Source: Verrucomicrobiota bacterium (GTDB lineage: Bacteria > Verrucomicrobiota > Verrucomicrobiia > Limisphaerales > JANNEF01). From it: DNA of 64,000 nt. The notes beneath the pieces are model-generated. The model made no database searches and was not told where the DNA came from. It worked only from the letters and a program-made list of their open reading frames with translations. The stretch is taken from assembly GCA_031378375.1 (NCBI GenBank), contig JANNEF010000386.1, positions 1,332 through 65,331 on the forward strand. The letters are read 5' to 3'. The position numbers and the translations under genes were made by a program. Positions 29,762-39,896 of this stretch are shown in pieces (positions within the stretch are counted from its first letter, which is position 1; each line of letters starts with the position of its first letter).

Positions 29762-30463
29762 TCACCGGCGTTCGTTGAACTCGCGCCGGGCGAATTTCTC
29801 TCTCGCCAGCCGCCGGGCTTGTTCGAGCACGTCCGGCTCCGGTTCCTGCGCGCTCCATTCGACGCCCCATTCTTCGTGGGCGACCGCGCAGAAGGCTTCC
29901 TGCCACGCCGCCCGCGCCACACCGGACGGCGGCTGGATGGAACCCTGGATGAGCAGTCCGTCGCGGGTGCGGCGCTGCGCGGCCCCGGCGATCTTGCGGC
30001 CTTGCCAGAGCAAATCAAACTGCTCCGCGCCGACGAAACACTGGCCGGGCACGTCCTTCCGACAGCAGGGCGAAAGTTCCGTCGGCACACGCAGTCGGGT
30101 GAAGGCGGCTCGAATCCACTCATGCGTGCGACGGTAACTCTCCGCCGCGCGCAGTGCATACCACTCGTGCGCGGGCGGGAAGGCGAGGCTGTAGGTCCAG
30201 TCCGCGTCGTGCGGCACCAGCCCGCCGCCGGTGGGTCGCCGCACCAGCGGACGCAACCTGGTCAGGCACTCGACCTCGGAAAATTTTTGAAAGTAACCGA
30301 AGGAAGCCGCCGGTTCGATCCAACTGTAGAAGCGCAATACTGGAACTCCAAGTCGCGGCGCGGTACCAAGCAAAGCCTCATCCAGCGCCATGTTGAGGGC
30401 CGCTTCGCCAGGGCCGGATTGGAGCAGGAGCCAGGAGGGAGCATTTGAAATCTCAGATTTCAA
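29762..30463 (-). CDS. Lipoate-protein ligase family (LplA/LipM-like) protein
   Basis: NMALDEALL, LRFYSW, VRRPTGGG, RKIAGAAQRR; TTG start overlapping the nth stop is inferred. Confidence 0.85.
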   Translation of the reverse strand: MKSEISNAPSWLLLQSGPGEAALNMALDEALLGTAPRLGVPVLRFYSWIEPAASFGYFQKFSEVECLTRLRPLVRRPTGGGLVPHDADWTYSLAFPPAHEWYALRAAESYRRTHEWIRAAFTRLRVPTELSPCCRKDVPGQCFVGAEQFDLLWQGRKIAGAAQRRTRDGLLIQGSIQPPSGVARAAWQEAFCAVAHEEWGVEWSAQEPEPDVLEQARRLAREKFARREFNERR

Positions 30464-31122
30464 ATTTGAAATTCTGGCGGGCACGACGGACAGAGTTTTT
30501 TGATTTCGCAGTTCGCGCAGTCCGGTTTGCGTGCCATGCACCGGCGGCGGCCGTGCCAGATGAGCCAGTGGCTGAAGAGCGCCCACTGCTTTTGCGGCAC
30601 AAGTTTCATCAGGTCTTGCTCAATCTTTACCGGATCCGTCTGTGCGGTGAGGCCCAATCGCGCCGAGAGCCGCCCGACGTGCGTGTCCACCACCACGCCG
30701 ACGTTGATGCCGTAGGCGTTGCCGAGGACGACGTTGGCGGTCTTGCGCCCAACGCCGTCGAGCTGCGTGAGTTCATCCATCGTGCGGGGCACTGCGCCGC
30801 CGTGGCGTACGACGAGTTTGCGGCAGCAGGCGAGGATGTTCTTTGCCTTGTTCCGATAGAAGCCGGTGCTCTTGACAGCTTGTTCCAACTCGGTCAGGTC
30901 GGCTTTCGCAAAGTCCGCCGCGCCGCGATACTTCTTGAACAGTTCCGCCGTGACGAGGTTCACCCGCTTGTCCGTGCATTGCGCGGAGAGGATGGTGGCG
31001 ACAAGCAGTTCGAGCGGATTGGAAAAACTTAGTTCGCAGTGCGCATCGGGGTAGGCCTTCTGAAGCCCGGCGATGATTGTCTGAACGCGCGCGGCGCGGG
31101 CGGTGGAGTTTTCACGCAGCAT
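30460..31122 (-). CDS. nth: Endonuclease III
   Basis: LSAQCTD, HhH GVGRKTANV, VDTH, C-x6-C-x2-C-x5-C. Confidence 0.95.
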   Translation of the reverse strand: MLRENSTARAARVQTIIAGLQKAYPDAHCELSFSNPLELLVATILSAQCTDKRVNLVTAELFKKYRGAADFAKADLTELEQAVKSTGFYRNKAKNILACCRKLVVRHGGAVPRTMDELTQLDGVGRKTANVVLGNAYGINVGVVVDTHVGRLSARLGLTAQTDPVKIEQDLMKLVPQKQWALFSHWLIWHGRRRCMARKPDCANCEIKKLCPSCPPEFQI

Positions 31123-31152
31123 GAAATGGTGCGGCGGTGGAAGCCGTCGCGG

Positions 31153-31764
31153 CTACTTTCGCCGGACGTTGTTTGGGCGGATGCGCACGGGAGCGAAGCG
31201 GACCCGCGCGAAAACGTCCGACAGGGCCAGCGTGATTCTCAGCGAAGGCAACACCAACTTGCTCTTGAGTCCCACCGCTTCGCGCAGCAGCCACTGGCCG
31301 TCGTCGCGCCGGATGAATTGTTCGATGCACGGGTGATTCTGGCTGACCAATAGATACTCGCGAAGCGAAGGTATCTGGCGGTATTGCTCGAACTTCTTGC
31401 CCCGATCGTAAGCCTCCGTCGAATCGGAGAGCACTTCGGCGATGAGCACCGGGTTGACCAGGGTGTCTTCCTCCGCGTCCATGAACCGCTGAGGCCTGCA
31501 CACCACCGAAAGGTCGGGATAGGTCAGCAGGCCGGTCGCCTCCACTTTTACCCGGAGGTCGCTGTTGAATGGCTCGCAGGAGCGGCCCTTGAGGCGCACG
31601 CTAAATTCGCGGACAAGATTGGTGGCGATGCGGCTGTGCTGCCGGGTTCCGCCGGCCATGGCGAAAAGGTCGCCGCCGAAGAACTCACTCTTGAACACGG
31701 CGGCGCGCTCAACGGCCAGATACTCGGCCTCGGTCAAACGGCGGACTGGTTCGGGAACGCCCAT
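31153..31764 (-). CDS. Uma2/DUF820 family PD-(D/E)XK endonuclease-like protein
   Basis: YPDLSVVC, EVLSDSTEAYDRGKK...Y. Confidence 0.9.
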   Translation of the reverse strand: MGVPEPVRRLTEAEYLAVERAAVFKSEFFGGDLFAMAGGTRQHSRIATNLVREFSVRLKGRSCEPFNSDLRVKVEATGLLTYPDLSVVCRPQRFMDAEEDTLVNPVLIAEVLSDSTEAYDRGKKFEQYRQIPSLREYLLVSQNHPCIEQFIRRDDGQWLLREAVGLKSKLVLPSLRITLALSDVFARVRFAPVRIRPNNVRRK

Positions 31765-31850
31765 CACGCGGTGCAGTTTAGATTTTCCGGCGGCGAAAGC
31801 AAGTTGCCGGATTGTCACCGGAAGTCTGACCGGCCCGCCTTTCGGTTTTC

Positions 31851-33089
31851 CTACACCAGCTCCGGTGCCTCGAAATCCTCGGACGGCTTGAACAACGGAC
31901 GCCCGGCGCGGTCCTCCGGATACTCAAAGACTTTGCCTTCGAAGTTGCGGATGACCACGCGATCGGCGTTGCGGCTCAACACGTATTCGGGATTCACCGG
32001 CACCTTGCCGCCGCCGCCGGGAGCGTCAATGACATACTGGGGCACGGCGTAGCCAGTGGTGTGGCCGCGCAGGGCGGTCATCACTTCCAGCCCTTTGCGC
32101 ACGCTGGCGCGCAGATGCGCGGAGCCGGCGATGAGGTCGCATTGGTAGATGTAGTAGGGCTTCACGCGGCACATGAGGAGCTTTTGCACAAGCGTCTTCA
32201 TCACCGTCGCGTCGTCGTTCACCTGCTTGAGCAACACCGACTGGTTGCCCAGCGGGATGCCGGCGTCAGCCAGGCGGCCCAGTGCGTCACGGACCTCGGT
32301 GGTCAACTCGCGAGGGTGATTCGTGTGGATGCTCAGGAACAGCGGGTGAAACTGTTTCAACATCGCGCACAACTCCGGCGTGATGCGCTGTGGAAGGAAA
32401 ATCGGAATGCGCGTGCCAATGCGGAGAAACTCGACGTGCGGAATGGCGCGGAGGCGGCTCAGGAGATCTTCGAGCTTCTCGTCGCTGAAGAGCAGCGGGT
32501 CACCGCCGCTCAACAGCACGTCCCGCACGGCGGGCGTTTTGGCGATGTAGTCAATCTGCCGGTCGAACTCCGGGTGAAAATCGTAGCCGGTCGCGTTGCT
32601 CACCAGTCGCGACCGTGTGCAGTAGCGGCAATAACTGGCGCACCGGTCGGTGACGAGAAACAACACGCGGTCCGGGTAGCGATGCACCAGGCCGGGCACG
32701 GGTGAATGGCTGTCTTCGCCGCAGGGGTCGCTCATCTCCCAAGGCGCGGTGTGGGTCTCCTCGATGCGCGGAACGACTTGCCGGCGGATGGGGCAATTCT
32801 CATCCGCTGGATCGATCAGGTTAAAAAAATACGGCGTGATGCCCAGCGCCAGCTTGGTGTTGGCGAGTTGGGTGCCGGCGTATTCCTCCGGCGTGAGCGT
32901 GGGCATCAGGCGATGGAGTTGGGCAAGCGTGGTGATCCGGTTCTTGAGTTGCCACTGCCAGGTGTTCCAATCCCGGTCGGGAACATCGCTCCAAAATCCT
33001 CGCCCGGCGGAGCGAAACTCTTTCAAATCGTGGAACGCCTTCGATTCGGTGGCCTGGCGACCCTCTCCCGCTGCATTACTGCTGTGCAT
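31851..33089 (-). CDS. KamA family radical SAM (lysine 2,3-aminomutase-like)
   Basis: HRYPDRV, CASYCRYC, SGGDPL, NQSVLL, DAPGGGGK. Confidence 0.9.
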   Translation of the reverse strand: MHSSNAAGEGRQATESKAFHDLKEFRSAGRGFWSDVPDRDWNTWQWQLKNRITTLAQLHRLMPTLTPEEYAGTQLANTKLALGITPYFFNLIDPADENCPIRRQVVPRIEETHTAPWEMSDPCGEDSHSPVPGLVHRYPDRVLFLVTDRCASYCRYCTRSRLVSNATGYDFHPEFDRQIDYIAKTPAVRDVLLSGGDPLLFSDEKLEDLLSRLRAIPHVEFLRIGTRIPIFLPQRITPELCAMLKQFHPLFLSIHTNHPRELTTEVRDALGRLADAGIPLGNQSVLLKQVNDDATVMKTLVQKLLMCRVKPYYIYQCDLIAGSAHLRASVRKGLEVMTALRGHTTGYAVPQYVIDAPGGGGKVPVNPEYVLSRNADRVVIRNFEGKVFEYPEDRAGRPLFKPSEDFEAPELV

Positions 33090-33169
33090 TGCGGGCGAAC
33101 TATAAAATTGGCGGAACGCCTGTCAATGTCATGGTTGGGCAAGGTTCCGACAGTCAGTCTGTGGCTGCT

Positions 33170-34516
33170 TCACGGGCGAACCGACGCCGTGGCGGGCAGT
33201 TTGCGGCGGAGGATCTCACGCTGGGCATCCAGTTCATCCAAACGGCGGACGGTCTCGTTCACTGCCAATCGAACGTTGGGGACCACCTGGTTTTTGGATG
33301 CGGACGCGCCGCGGGCTTTGTTCCGTTTTTGCAGATAAGATTCCAGGGTCTGGCGATACTCGTCCAGCAGGCCGGCGGCTTCGGGGGACAGGCGCAGCCG
33401 GAGCGCCTGGAGTTGGAAAACTTTCAACACGAGCATGGGTGTCTGGCGGGTAAACTCCCATTCGGAAATGACGCTCTGCAGTTTTACCCGGGTCGGCATC
33501 GGGAGTTCCTGCGGTTGCAAACGCACCTGGACGACAGTGGCGAGGGTTTCGTCGAGCTGTCTCCAACTGGTTTCGTGCTGCGAAACGGCCTCCGGGTCGC
33601 GCGCGGTGACCTGCATCGCCGCGAGCGTCCACCACTTGTCCGCGTCGAGCAACTGAGGAAAATACGGATTGAACGCGCGGAGAAAGGCCGTCTGCCAGTT
33701 GAGATGCTCCGCCAGTATCCCCAGCATCTGGCGCAGGCAGGCGCGGCCGTTACGCAGGCGAAACAGTTCATGGATAAAAACGTGCGCGCAACTGCGATAA
33801 ACTTCCGCTGCAGTGCCAGCGAGGTGTTCCTCCCCCGGCCAGTTCAGTTCATTGAGGGTGAGCGGCGCGTGAGCGCGCAACACTTCTCGGGCGCGGGCCA
33901 ACGGATCTGCGCGGCGCCCATCGCGCGACGCGGCGGTTTGAGATTCGAGAGCCAGATCAGCCAGTTCGGATGTTTGCAGGTGCGCCACCAGACCGTCGGC
34001 CAGCCACGGTGGCAATTCGGCAGCCAGCGGCCCCCCGCTCCGGTTGGCGATCTCCATCAGCAATACCTCGACGATGGTTTTGAGAAAGCGTTGCGTCTCC
34101 ACCCGCTCCGGCAATTTGACCTGATAGCTCCAGCCGTCCGCGTATCGTGTCGAGGTCACCGCAATCGGCTCGTGCTCCTGGCGGTTGGGATGGAGCGAAA
34201 CGTTTATGGGCGAGCGCCACTGGTCGGCGGCGGCCAGTTCTTGCAGCAACGCCTGTTTGATGCGTTCACAGGAAACCGTCAGCACGGCTGGGGCGAGGCG
34301 AATGCGCGCGACGCCGGAGGTGGGGGCGAAGTTCACCGACGAAACACCGGGCGCCAGTCCGCGCACCACGAATTGCCCGGACTGGCTGCGCAGCACAAGC
34401 GGTTCAGCGGAAAAAGCCGGAGCGACCGCGCTGAACACCATCCAGCCCGCGAGCATCACGCCCAACGCGCCCAGCCGGCGGCGAGGGGTGATTGGAAAAT
34501 GTTCCCCGCTGGCCAT
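33170..34516 (-). CDS. Exported hypothetical protein
   Basis: Signal peptide; PPWLADGL peptidase-MA-like motif without an intact HExxH. Confidence 0.7.
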   Translation of the reverse strand: MASGEHFPITPRRRLGALGVMLAGWMVFSAVAPAFSAEPLVLRSQSGQFVVRGLAPGVSSVNFAPTSGVARIRLAPAVLTVSCERIKQALLQELAAADQWRSPINVSLHPNRQEHEPIAVTSTRYADGWSYQVKLPERVETQRFLKTIVEVLLMEIANRSGGPLAAELPPWLADGLVAHLQTSELADLALESQTAASRDGRRADPLARAREVLRAHAPLTLNELNWPGEEHLAGTAAEVYRSCAHVFIHELFRLRNGRACLRQMLGILAEHLNWQTAFLRAFNPYFPQLLDADKWWTLAAMQVTARDPEAVSQHETSWRQLDETLATVVQVRLQPQELPMPTRVKLQSVISEWEFTRQTPMLVLKVFQLQALRLRLSPEAAGLLDEYRQTLESYLQKRNKARGASASKNQVVPNVRLAVNETVRRLDELDAQREILRRKLPATASVRP

Positions 34517-34517
34517 G

Positions 34518-34838
34518 CTAATCGCCGGCCTTCACTGGCTTGGCAGGTTTGCTCTCCGTCTTGGCGGGCGCCGCCTTGCTTTCAGCGGCGGCGGGGGTGC
34601 CGGTATCCTTTTTGGCTGCCGCCTTGTATTTCTCGCTGCGGTAATCGGTGATGTAAAAACCGCTGCCTTTGAACAGCAACCCCCCTCCGGCGCTGACAAG
34701 CTTCTTCACCCGGCCCTTGCCCCACTTCTTTTGGGGGCAAAGCTCCTTCGGGCAGACAGCCAGCGCCTTGTCCGTCATGGACTGAATCTTTTCAAATTCA
34801 TGGTCACATTTGGTGCAATGGTATTCGTAGGTCGGCAT
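34518..34838 (-). CDS. FmdB family Zn-ribbon protein
   Basis: MPTYEYHCTKC, FKGSGFYITDY. Confidence 0.9.
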   Translation of the reverse strand: MPTYEYHCTKCDHEFEKIQSMTDKALAVCPKELCPQKKWGKGRVKKLVSAGGGLLFKGSGFYITDYRSEKYKAAAKKDTGTPAAAESKAAPAKTESKPAKPVKAGD

Positions 34839-34980
34839 AGACGGGTTCGAATCTTCAGTCGTTGAACGACGAAAAGTGTAACCCGGATGAACCGGGAAAC
34901 AAGGAGAGATGTGGCCTGATTGCGCCACGGTTTTCGACGTTGCCGCGCGGACAGGCCATCTCTATGATTCGCTCGTTGTG

Positions 34981-35736
34981 ATGACTCAACCCGCCCCCGC
35001 ATTGAATTCACCCGCCGCCCGCGCCGATGGGCGCCGGGCCAATCAACTCCGGCCCGTGCGGTTCCAGAACCACATCGCGCCATACGCGACTGGCTCGACC
35101 TTGATCGAGTGGGGCAACACACGCGTCATCTGCGGCGTGACGGTGGAGGAAACCGTGCCCAAATGGATGAAAGAGCAGGGCGTGACTGGCGGCTGGATTA
35201 CCGCCGAGTATTCGATGCTGCCGTATTCGACGCTTCAAAGGAAGCAGCGCGACATCGCCAAGGGCAAGCTGGACGGGCGCTCCTCGGAAATCCAGCGGCT
35301 CATCGGCCGGGCGATGCGTGCCGCGCTCAACCTGGAAAAACTTGGTTCGCGAACCATCTGGGTGGATTGCGACGTGTTGCAAGCCGACGGTGGCACACGC
35401 ACGGCAGCCATCACCGGCGCATTCGTCGCCCTGTCGCTGGCGGTGAAGAAATTGCAGGCCGAGGGCAAGCTCAAAGAAAGTCCGGTGCATAAAGGAATCG
35501 CCGCCGTTAGCGTCGGGGTCGTCGGCGGCCAGCCGCTGCTCGACTTGTGTTACACCGAGGATGTTGGCGCGGCGGTGGATTTGAACCTGGTGATGAATGC
35601 CGCAGGCGAATTCATCGAACTACAAGGCACGGGCGAGGAGGCAACGTTCAGCGAGGCCGAGCTGGCGGCGTTGCTCGCACTAGGCAAGGCGGGCATTGGC
35701 GAGTTGCTGGCGTTGCAGCAGGAAGCCTTGCGGTGA
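34981..35736 (+). CDS. rph: Ribonuclease PH
   Basis: RADGR, TAEYSMLP, EIQRLIGR, DCDVLQADGGTRTA. Confidence 0.97.
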   Translation: MTQPAPALNSPAARADGRRANQLRPVRFQNHIAPYATGSTLIEWGNTRVICGVTVEETVPKWMKEQGVTGGWITAEYSMLPYSTLQRKQRDIAKGKLDGRSSEIQRLIGRAMRAALNLEKLGSRTIWVDCDVLQADGGTRTAAITGAFVALSLAVKKLQAEGKLKESPVHKGIAAVSVGVVGGQPLLDLCYTEDVGAAVDLNLVMNAAGEFIELQGTGEEATFSEAELAALLALGKAGIGELLALQQEALR

Positions 35737-35804
35737 GTTCCGGTTTTTCCCATCCGGCTCTCGATTGAACGGAGCAAGTGCCCCCAACCAAACCCGATCG
35801 CAAG

Positions 35805-36425
35805 ATGTCCACTCCCACCACTCTGTTCCTGCTCCGTCACGGCGAAGTCGAGCACCGTTACCATCGTGTCTTTGGCGGACGCATTGACATGGAGTTGTCA
35901 CCGTTGGGCCATGACCAGGCGGCGAAGCTGGCGCGCTATCTCCGCCAGCGTCCGCTTGACGCGATATACGCCAGCCCGATGAAACGGGCGCAGCAAACCC
36001 TCGCCCCGCTGGCCGGGCATTGCGCGCGAAAGCCGGTCGTTCTGCCGGGCTTGCGCGAGGTGGATTTTGGTGACTGGACCGGGCTGAACTGGGAAGAGGT
36101 GCGGACGAAGTTTAATGCGAGCGCCTTTGAGTGGCTGGACAAACTGGAGCACGCGGCCATCCCCAACGCCGAGTGCGGCAGGACCTTCCGCGCCCGCGTC
36201 GAGCCTTGCCTGCAACAGATCATCCGTGACCACGCCGGTGAGACCGTCGCAATCGTTTGCCACGGAGGCGTCGTCCGCATGATGCTTTCGATCCTGATGG
36301 CGTTGCCACTGCCGAAGCTGGCAGGGTTTGAAATTGATTACGCCAGTCTCACGCACGTCGAGCACCACCCGCACAAGACGGAGGTGCAGTTGCTCAACTT
36401 CACCCCGTGGCGCGACCTCGCATGA
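35805..36425 (+). CDS. Histidine phosphatase family protein
   Basis: LLRHGE, SPMKRAQQT, LREVDFGDW, CHGG. Confidence 0.9.
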   Translation: MSTPTTLFLLRHGEVEHRYHRVFGGRIDMELSPLGHDQAAKLARYLRQRPLDAIYASPMKRAQQTLAPLAGHCARKPVVLPGLREVDFGDWTGLNWEEVRTKFNASAFEWLDKLEHAAIPNAECGRTFRARVEPCLQQIIRDHAGETVAIVCHGGVVRMMLSILMALPLPKLAGFEIDYASLTHVEHHPHKTEVQLLNFTPWRDLA

Positions 36426-37321
36426 AGGCCGGTTCGTTGTGGCGCCTGTCCGTGGCGGTCACGCCGGAGGCCGAGGACGCGGTCGTGGAATTGTTGGAGA
36501 AAATATTCCACCAGGCGCCATCCGTTTACACCGATGCGGAGAGCGGGTGCAGTTCCGCCACGGTTTATCTGGCGAGCCGCGGCGCGGTTTCGGCTGCCCG
36601 GCGTGCGAGGATCAACGCCGGTCGCGCACGAATTCGTGCGTGCGGATTGGATCCTGGATCCGATGCCATTTCGTTCAGGAAAATCCGGCGCGAAGACTGG
36701 GCGGAATCTTGGAAGCGCCACTTCCCGCCGATGCCAGTTGGCGACACGCTGTTGATCAAACCCAGTTGGAGCCGCCGGCGCCCCAAGCGCGGGCAGGCGG
36801 TGGTGGTGTTGGATCCGGGTTTGAGCTTCGGCACGGGACAACATCCGACGACGCGGTTCTGTCTGGAACAACTGGCGGCGTGTCACAAACCGGGGCAGAC
36901 GCAATCGTTCTTGGACATCGGCACGGGGTCAGGGATTCTTGCCATCGCCGCCGCCAAGTTGGGCTTTCGTCCGGTGGAAGGTTTCGATTTTGACAGGGCG
37001 GCTGTGCGAATCGCGCAGGACAACGCCCGCCGCAACCGTGTAACGGGACACCTACGACTGTTACGTCAGGACTTAACACGTTTGCCAATTCGAAGCGGGC
37101 GCAAGTACGACGTGATTTGCGCGAATTTGATCGCTGACCTGCTGATCGCCGAGCGGACGCGGATACTGAATCGCTTGATAACCGGCGGTACGCTGGTTTT
37201 GGCGGGTGTTCTAGGGTCGCAATTCGCCGCGGTTCGGCGGGCATATCAAGCCTGCGGACTGAGACTGACGGCGCGACAATCGGAGAACGAATGGGAGTCC
37301 GGGGCGTTCGTACGGGTTTGA
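36422..37321 (+). CDS. prmA: Ribosomal protein L11 methyltransferase
   Basis: DWAESWK, DPGLSFGTGQHPTT, LDIGTGSGIL, ANLI. Confidence 0.92.
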   Translation: MKAGSLWRLSVAVTPEAEDAVVELLEKIFHQAPSVYTDAESGCSSATVYLASRGAVSAARRARINAGRARIRACGLDPGSDAISFRKIRREDWAESWKRHFPPMPVGDTLLIKPSWSRRRPKRGQAVVVLDPGLSFGTGQHPTTRFCLEQLAACHKPGQTQSFLDIGTGSGILAIAAAKLGFRPVEGFDFDRAAVRIAQDNARRNRVTGHLRLLRQDLTRLPIRSGRKYDVICANLIADLLIAERTRILNRLITGGTLVLAGVLGSQFAAVRRAYQACGLRLTARQSENEWESGAFVRV

Positions 37322-37535
37322 GATTGTCCCAAGTCGGTACAGGTGATGGCTGGTTTGATACAGTCCGCCAAAAAATAACCTGAAAATATCCTTGAACCTT
37401 TTCGGCGCAGATTACATCCAAGGATTCGATGAGCTCTGAAATTGTTGATGTCAGAAGCTGTTACCTAGTGAGGTGCTTTCCAAGCGATCCCGTGGCATTG
37501 AACAAGCTTTGAGCTTAAACAGAAAGGAAAGCTAT

Positions 37536-37700
37536 ATGACAAAATCGATCGATGTAATAACCGAAATCATACGCAGTCCCAAGCCGCCCTTCCGCAAAGC
37601 CGACGACCGCCCGGTCAAAGCCCAGAAGCACCGCTACGAGCGGCGGAAAGTCAAAGAATTCATCCGCCTCGGCGATTGGGGACAGGAAAACCCAGCCTGA
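37536..37700 (+). CDS. Small basic hypothetical protein (54 aa)
   Basis: RBS-like GAAAGGA before the ATG; intrinsic terminator after the stop. Confidence 0.65.
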   Translation: MTKSIDVITEIIRSPKPPFRKADDRPVKAQKHRYERRKVKEFIRLGDWGQENPA

Positions 37701-37721
37701 CTTGGATAGTCGAATTGAATC

Positions 37722-37755
37722 AAGCCACGCGTTCGCGCGTGGCTTTTTTATTTTT
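37722..37755 (+). terminator. Intrinsic terminator
   Basis: AAGCCACGCG-TTCG-CGCGTGGCTT followed by a T-rich run. Confidence 0.85.
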
Positions 37756-37793
37756 GGGCCGGAGTTCCGGAAGAACGCGGCGGTTGGACACAG

Positions 37794-38732
37794 CTACTTG
37801 GAAGGCTCGGAGCTGATCGTTGCCTGCGGGTGGTAATGGTCGTGGCCCGAACTCTCAAACCGGCCAATCAACGCAGAGAACGCGAGCCCGGCCAGCAGCG
37901 CAAAAGAGAGTTTCCAGCGATCGTGCGAGTGGAACTGGATTTCAGGAAGCAGGTCACTTGCGGAAATGCATAGAAATGCCCCTGCTGTAAATGCGAGCGT
38001 CGCACCCAGGAAATGCTGGGCAGCAACCGCGCCACCATATTGGCTTGCCCCGAAATAAAAAAGCACCGCACCCGCCGGAATGGCCAGCGCGAATACGCCA
38101 TTCATCACGTGGCAGGAAAATTTTGAGCGTCCGCCGGCAGCCATCAAGGTCCCAATCGCCATTGCGTCAAATGGCTTGTGGAGAATGATGACCAGAAACG
38201 TCCCCAGCCCGGCCAGCCCAATCCGCCCGCCGTCGGCTGCGTGTGACTCGGCTTCGACGCTCGCTGCCAGTGCCAGTCCGTCCACGAGCGTGTGCAGCGT
38301 CAGGCCGAGCGCGGCTCCGGTCCACGAGAGCCGGCGCGCGGATTGTTCCGCCAGCGTATGGCCATGCTCGTGGTTGCAATGTTCGTGGTGGTGGTCATTT
38401 GCCGTAGGTGGTTTAGCGGCTTCGGCAGCTTCTTCTGGCACATCGTGATGATGGAAGTGAAAAAAGCGCTGCGCAAAAAACATGACGAGAAATCCGCCCA
38501 ATAACCAGGCGGCGGCATGGTCAATCGAATGCAACTGCTGCCACGCATGCGGCAGCAAGTGCAGTAATCCCACGCCGAGCATCAACCCAGCGACAAAACT
38601 GATGGCCACTTGCAGGCGCTTGTGAGTCAGCCGGACAAACATTGGCAACCACCCTCCGGCCAGCGAAGCCAACAGGATCAGTCCGCTGTAGAGTGCCAGC
38701 AGCATCACGGGGGACATGGTTGGTTCGCTCAT
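37794..38732 (-). CDS. ZIP family metal transporter
   Basis: His-rich loop HFHHHD/HHHEHCNHEHGH, LHTLVDG, LHKPFD, SDLLPE. Confidence 0.9.
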   Translation of the reverse strand: MSEPTMSPVMLLALYSGLILLASLAGGWLPMFVRLTHKRLQVAISFVAGLMLGVGLLHLLPHAWQQLHSIDHAAAWLLGGFLVMFFAQRFFHFHHHDVPEEAAEAAKPPTANDHHHEHCNHEHGHTLAEQSARRLSWTGAALGLTLHTLVDGLALAASVEAESHAADGGRIGLAGLGTFLVIILHKPFDAMAIGTLMAAGGRSKFSCHVMNGVFALAIPAGAVLFYFGASQYGGAVAAQHFLGATLAFTAGAFLCISASDLLPEIQFHSHDRWKLSFALLAGLAFSALIGRFESSGHDHYHPQATISSEPSK

Positions 38733-38800
38733 TCCGGTGGAGAAGCTAAAGTGTTCACGCGGCTTGTCAGCTTCGTTCTGCGTCCGCTGATCTTTCGGTC

Positions 38801-38832
38801 AAAAAAAATCCCGCAACCATGCGGTTGCGGGA
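38801..38832 (-). terminator. Intrinsic terminator after rpsR
   Basis: TCCCGCAACC/GGTTGCGGGA stem with A8 (U8 on minus strand). Confidence 0.85.
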
Positions 38833-38850
38833 CGCGAGAACGCAACAATC

Positions 38851-39117
38851 CTACTTCATCAATAACATCTGGCGCGCACGTTTGATGGAGCGGTTGAGTC
38901 GCCGCTGATAATGGGCGGGCAGACCCGTGTATTTGCGCGGCAGGATGCGCCCCTGGTCGGTGACGAACTGCTTGAGCAGCGTGACGTTTTTGTAGTCGAG
39001 CGAATCCACCGTGAAGTCAACTTTTGGCTTGGGGCGGGGCGTGCGACGTTCGGTCATCGGCGATTTGCCGCGGTCCCGGCGGCTGTCGCGTTTTTCTGTA
39101 TGGGTCTTGCGAGGCAT
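38851..39117 (-). CDS. rpsR: 30S ribosomal protein S18 (Cys-free form)
   Basis: LDYKNVTLLKQFV...GRILPRKYTG...QR.L...IKRAR. Confidence 0.95.
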   Translation of the reverse strand: MPRKTHTEKRDSRRDRGKSPMTERRTPRPKPKVDFTVDSLDYKNVTLLKQFVTDQGRILPRKYTGLPAHYQRRLNRSIKRARQMLLMK

Positions 39118-39123
39118 AAGCAG

Positions 39124-39291
39124 TTACTTGATTTCCTTGTGCAGCGTGCGACGCCGGAGGAACGGGTTGAATTTTTTGATCTCCAGTTTCTCGGTCTGCA
39201 ATTTTTTGTTGCGGGTGGTGGTGTAGCGGGAGGGGGTCTTGCCTTCCTTCCGCGCTTCGGTGCATTCGAGGGTGATGATTTCTCTGGCCAT
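39124..39291 (-). CDS. rpmG: 50S ribosomal protein L33 (not in the ORF track)
   Basis: Translates [55 protein letters not shown]. Confidence 0.95.
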   Translation of the reverse strand: MAREIITLECTEARKEGKTPSRYTTTRNKKLQTEKLEIKKFNPFLRRRTLHKEIK

Positions 39292-39296
39292 AAAAC

Positions 39297-39896
39297 CTAT
39301 TCTTTCTCCTTTGCCGGTTTCTCTTCGACTTCTTCCTCTTCTGTCTCAATCTCGACGGCACCGGCGCTGTCCACAGTGCCCAGCGCGCCAAGGCGTCGCT
39401 GGCGCAAAGCCCCGTCGCGCTCCAACTGCGCCTGGGCTTCCACGGTAAAGCGCGTCCAGGGAATCGCCGCCAAACGGGCCTTGGGGATGGACTTGCCGGT
39501 CACTTCACAAACCCCGTAGGTGTTCCTCTCGATTCGTTTCAAGGCTTCCTCGATCTCGTAGATCGCGTCCTGATCCGACGAGAGCAAGCTAAGGGCGAAA
39601 TCGCGGTCAAAATTATCCGTCCCCGAATCGGCCATGTGCAGACTGTAGCTGGACATCTCCTCCGCGGATTCCTTGGCCAGTCCGTTCATCTGCTGCAACA
39701 AGCGATCACGCAGGTCGAGGAGGTTTTGATAATATTTGGCCCATTCCGAGGGAATCTTGGGCAGCCCGTTTTTGCCTTTGGTGGCCGTGGCTGTCCGAGT
39801 CCCCAGAATCAAGGCGGAGGTGGTGGACGGACGCGCCTTTCCTTTCGCCGCAGGCTTGGGGGCGCTTTTCTTCACGATTTTCTTTTTTGTTGTCAC
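39297..39896 (-). CDS. TraR/DksA family transcription factor with degenerate Zn finger
   Basis: [16 protein letters not shown]...[26 protein letters not shown]. Confidence 0.9.
   Translation of the reverse strand: MTTKKKIVKKSAPKPAAKGKARPSTTSALILGTRTATATKGKNGLPKIPSEWAKYYQNLLDLRDRLLQQMNGLAKESAEEMSSYSLHMADSGTDNFDRDFALSLLSSDQDAIYEIEEALKRIERNTYGVCEVTGKSIPKARLAAIPWTRFTVEAQAQLERDGALRQRRLGALGTVDSAGAVEIETEEEEVEEKPAKEKE

Noticed and set aside
29762-33089. KamA-family plus ligase as an EpmB/EpmA-like EF-P modification system
   Set aside because: The ligase has LplA/LipM motifs rather than LysRS-like EpmA motifs, efp is absent, and nth and Uma2 intervene
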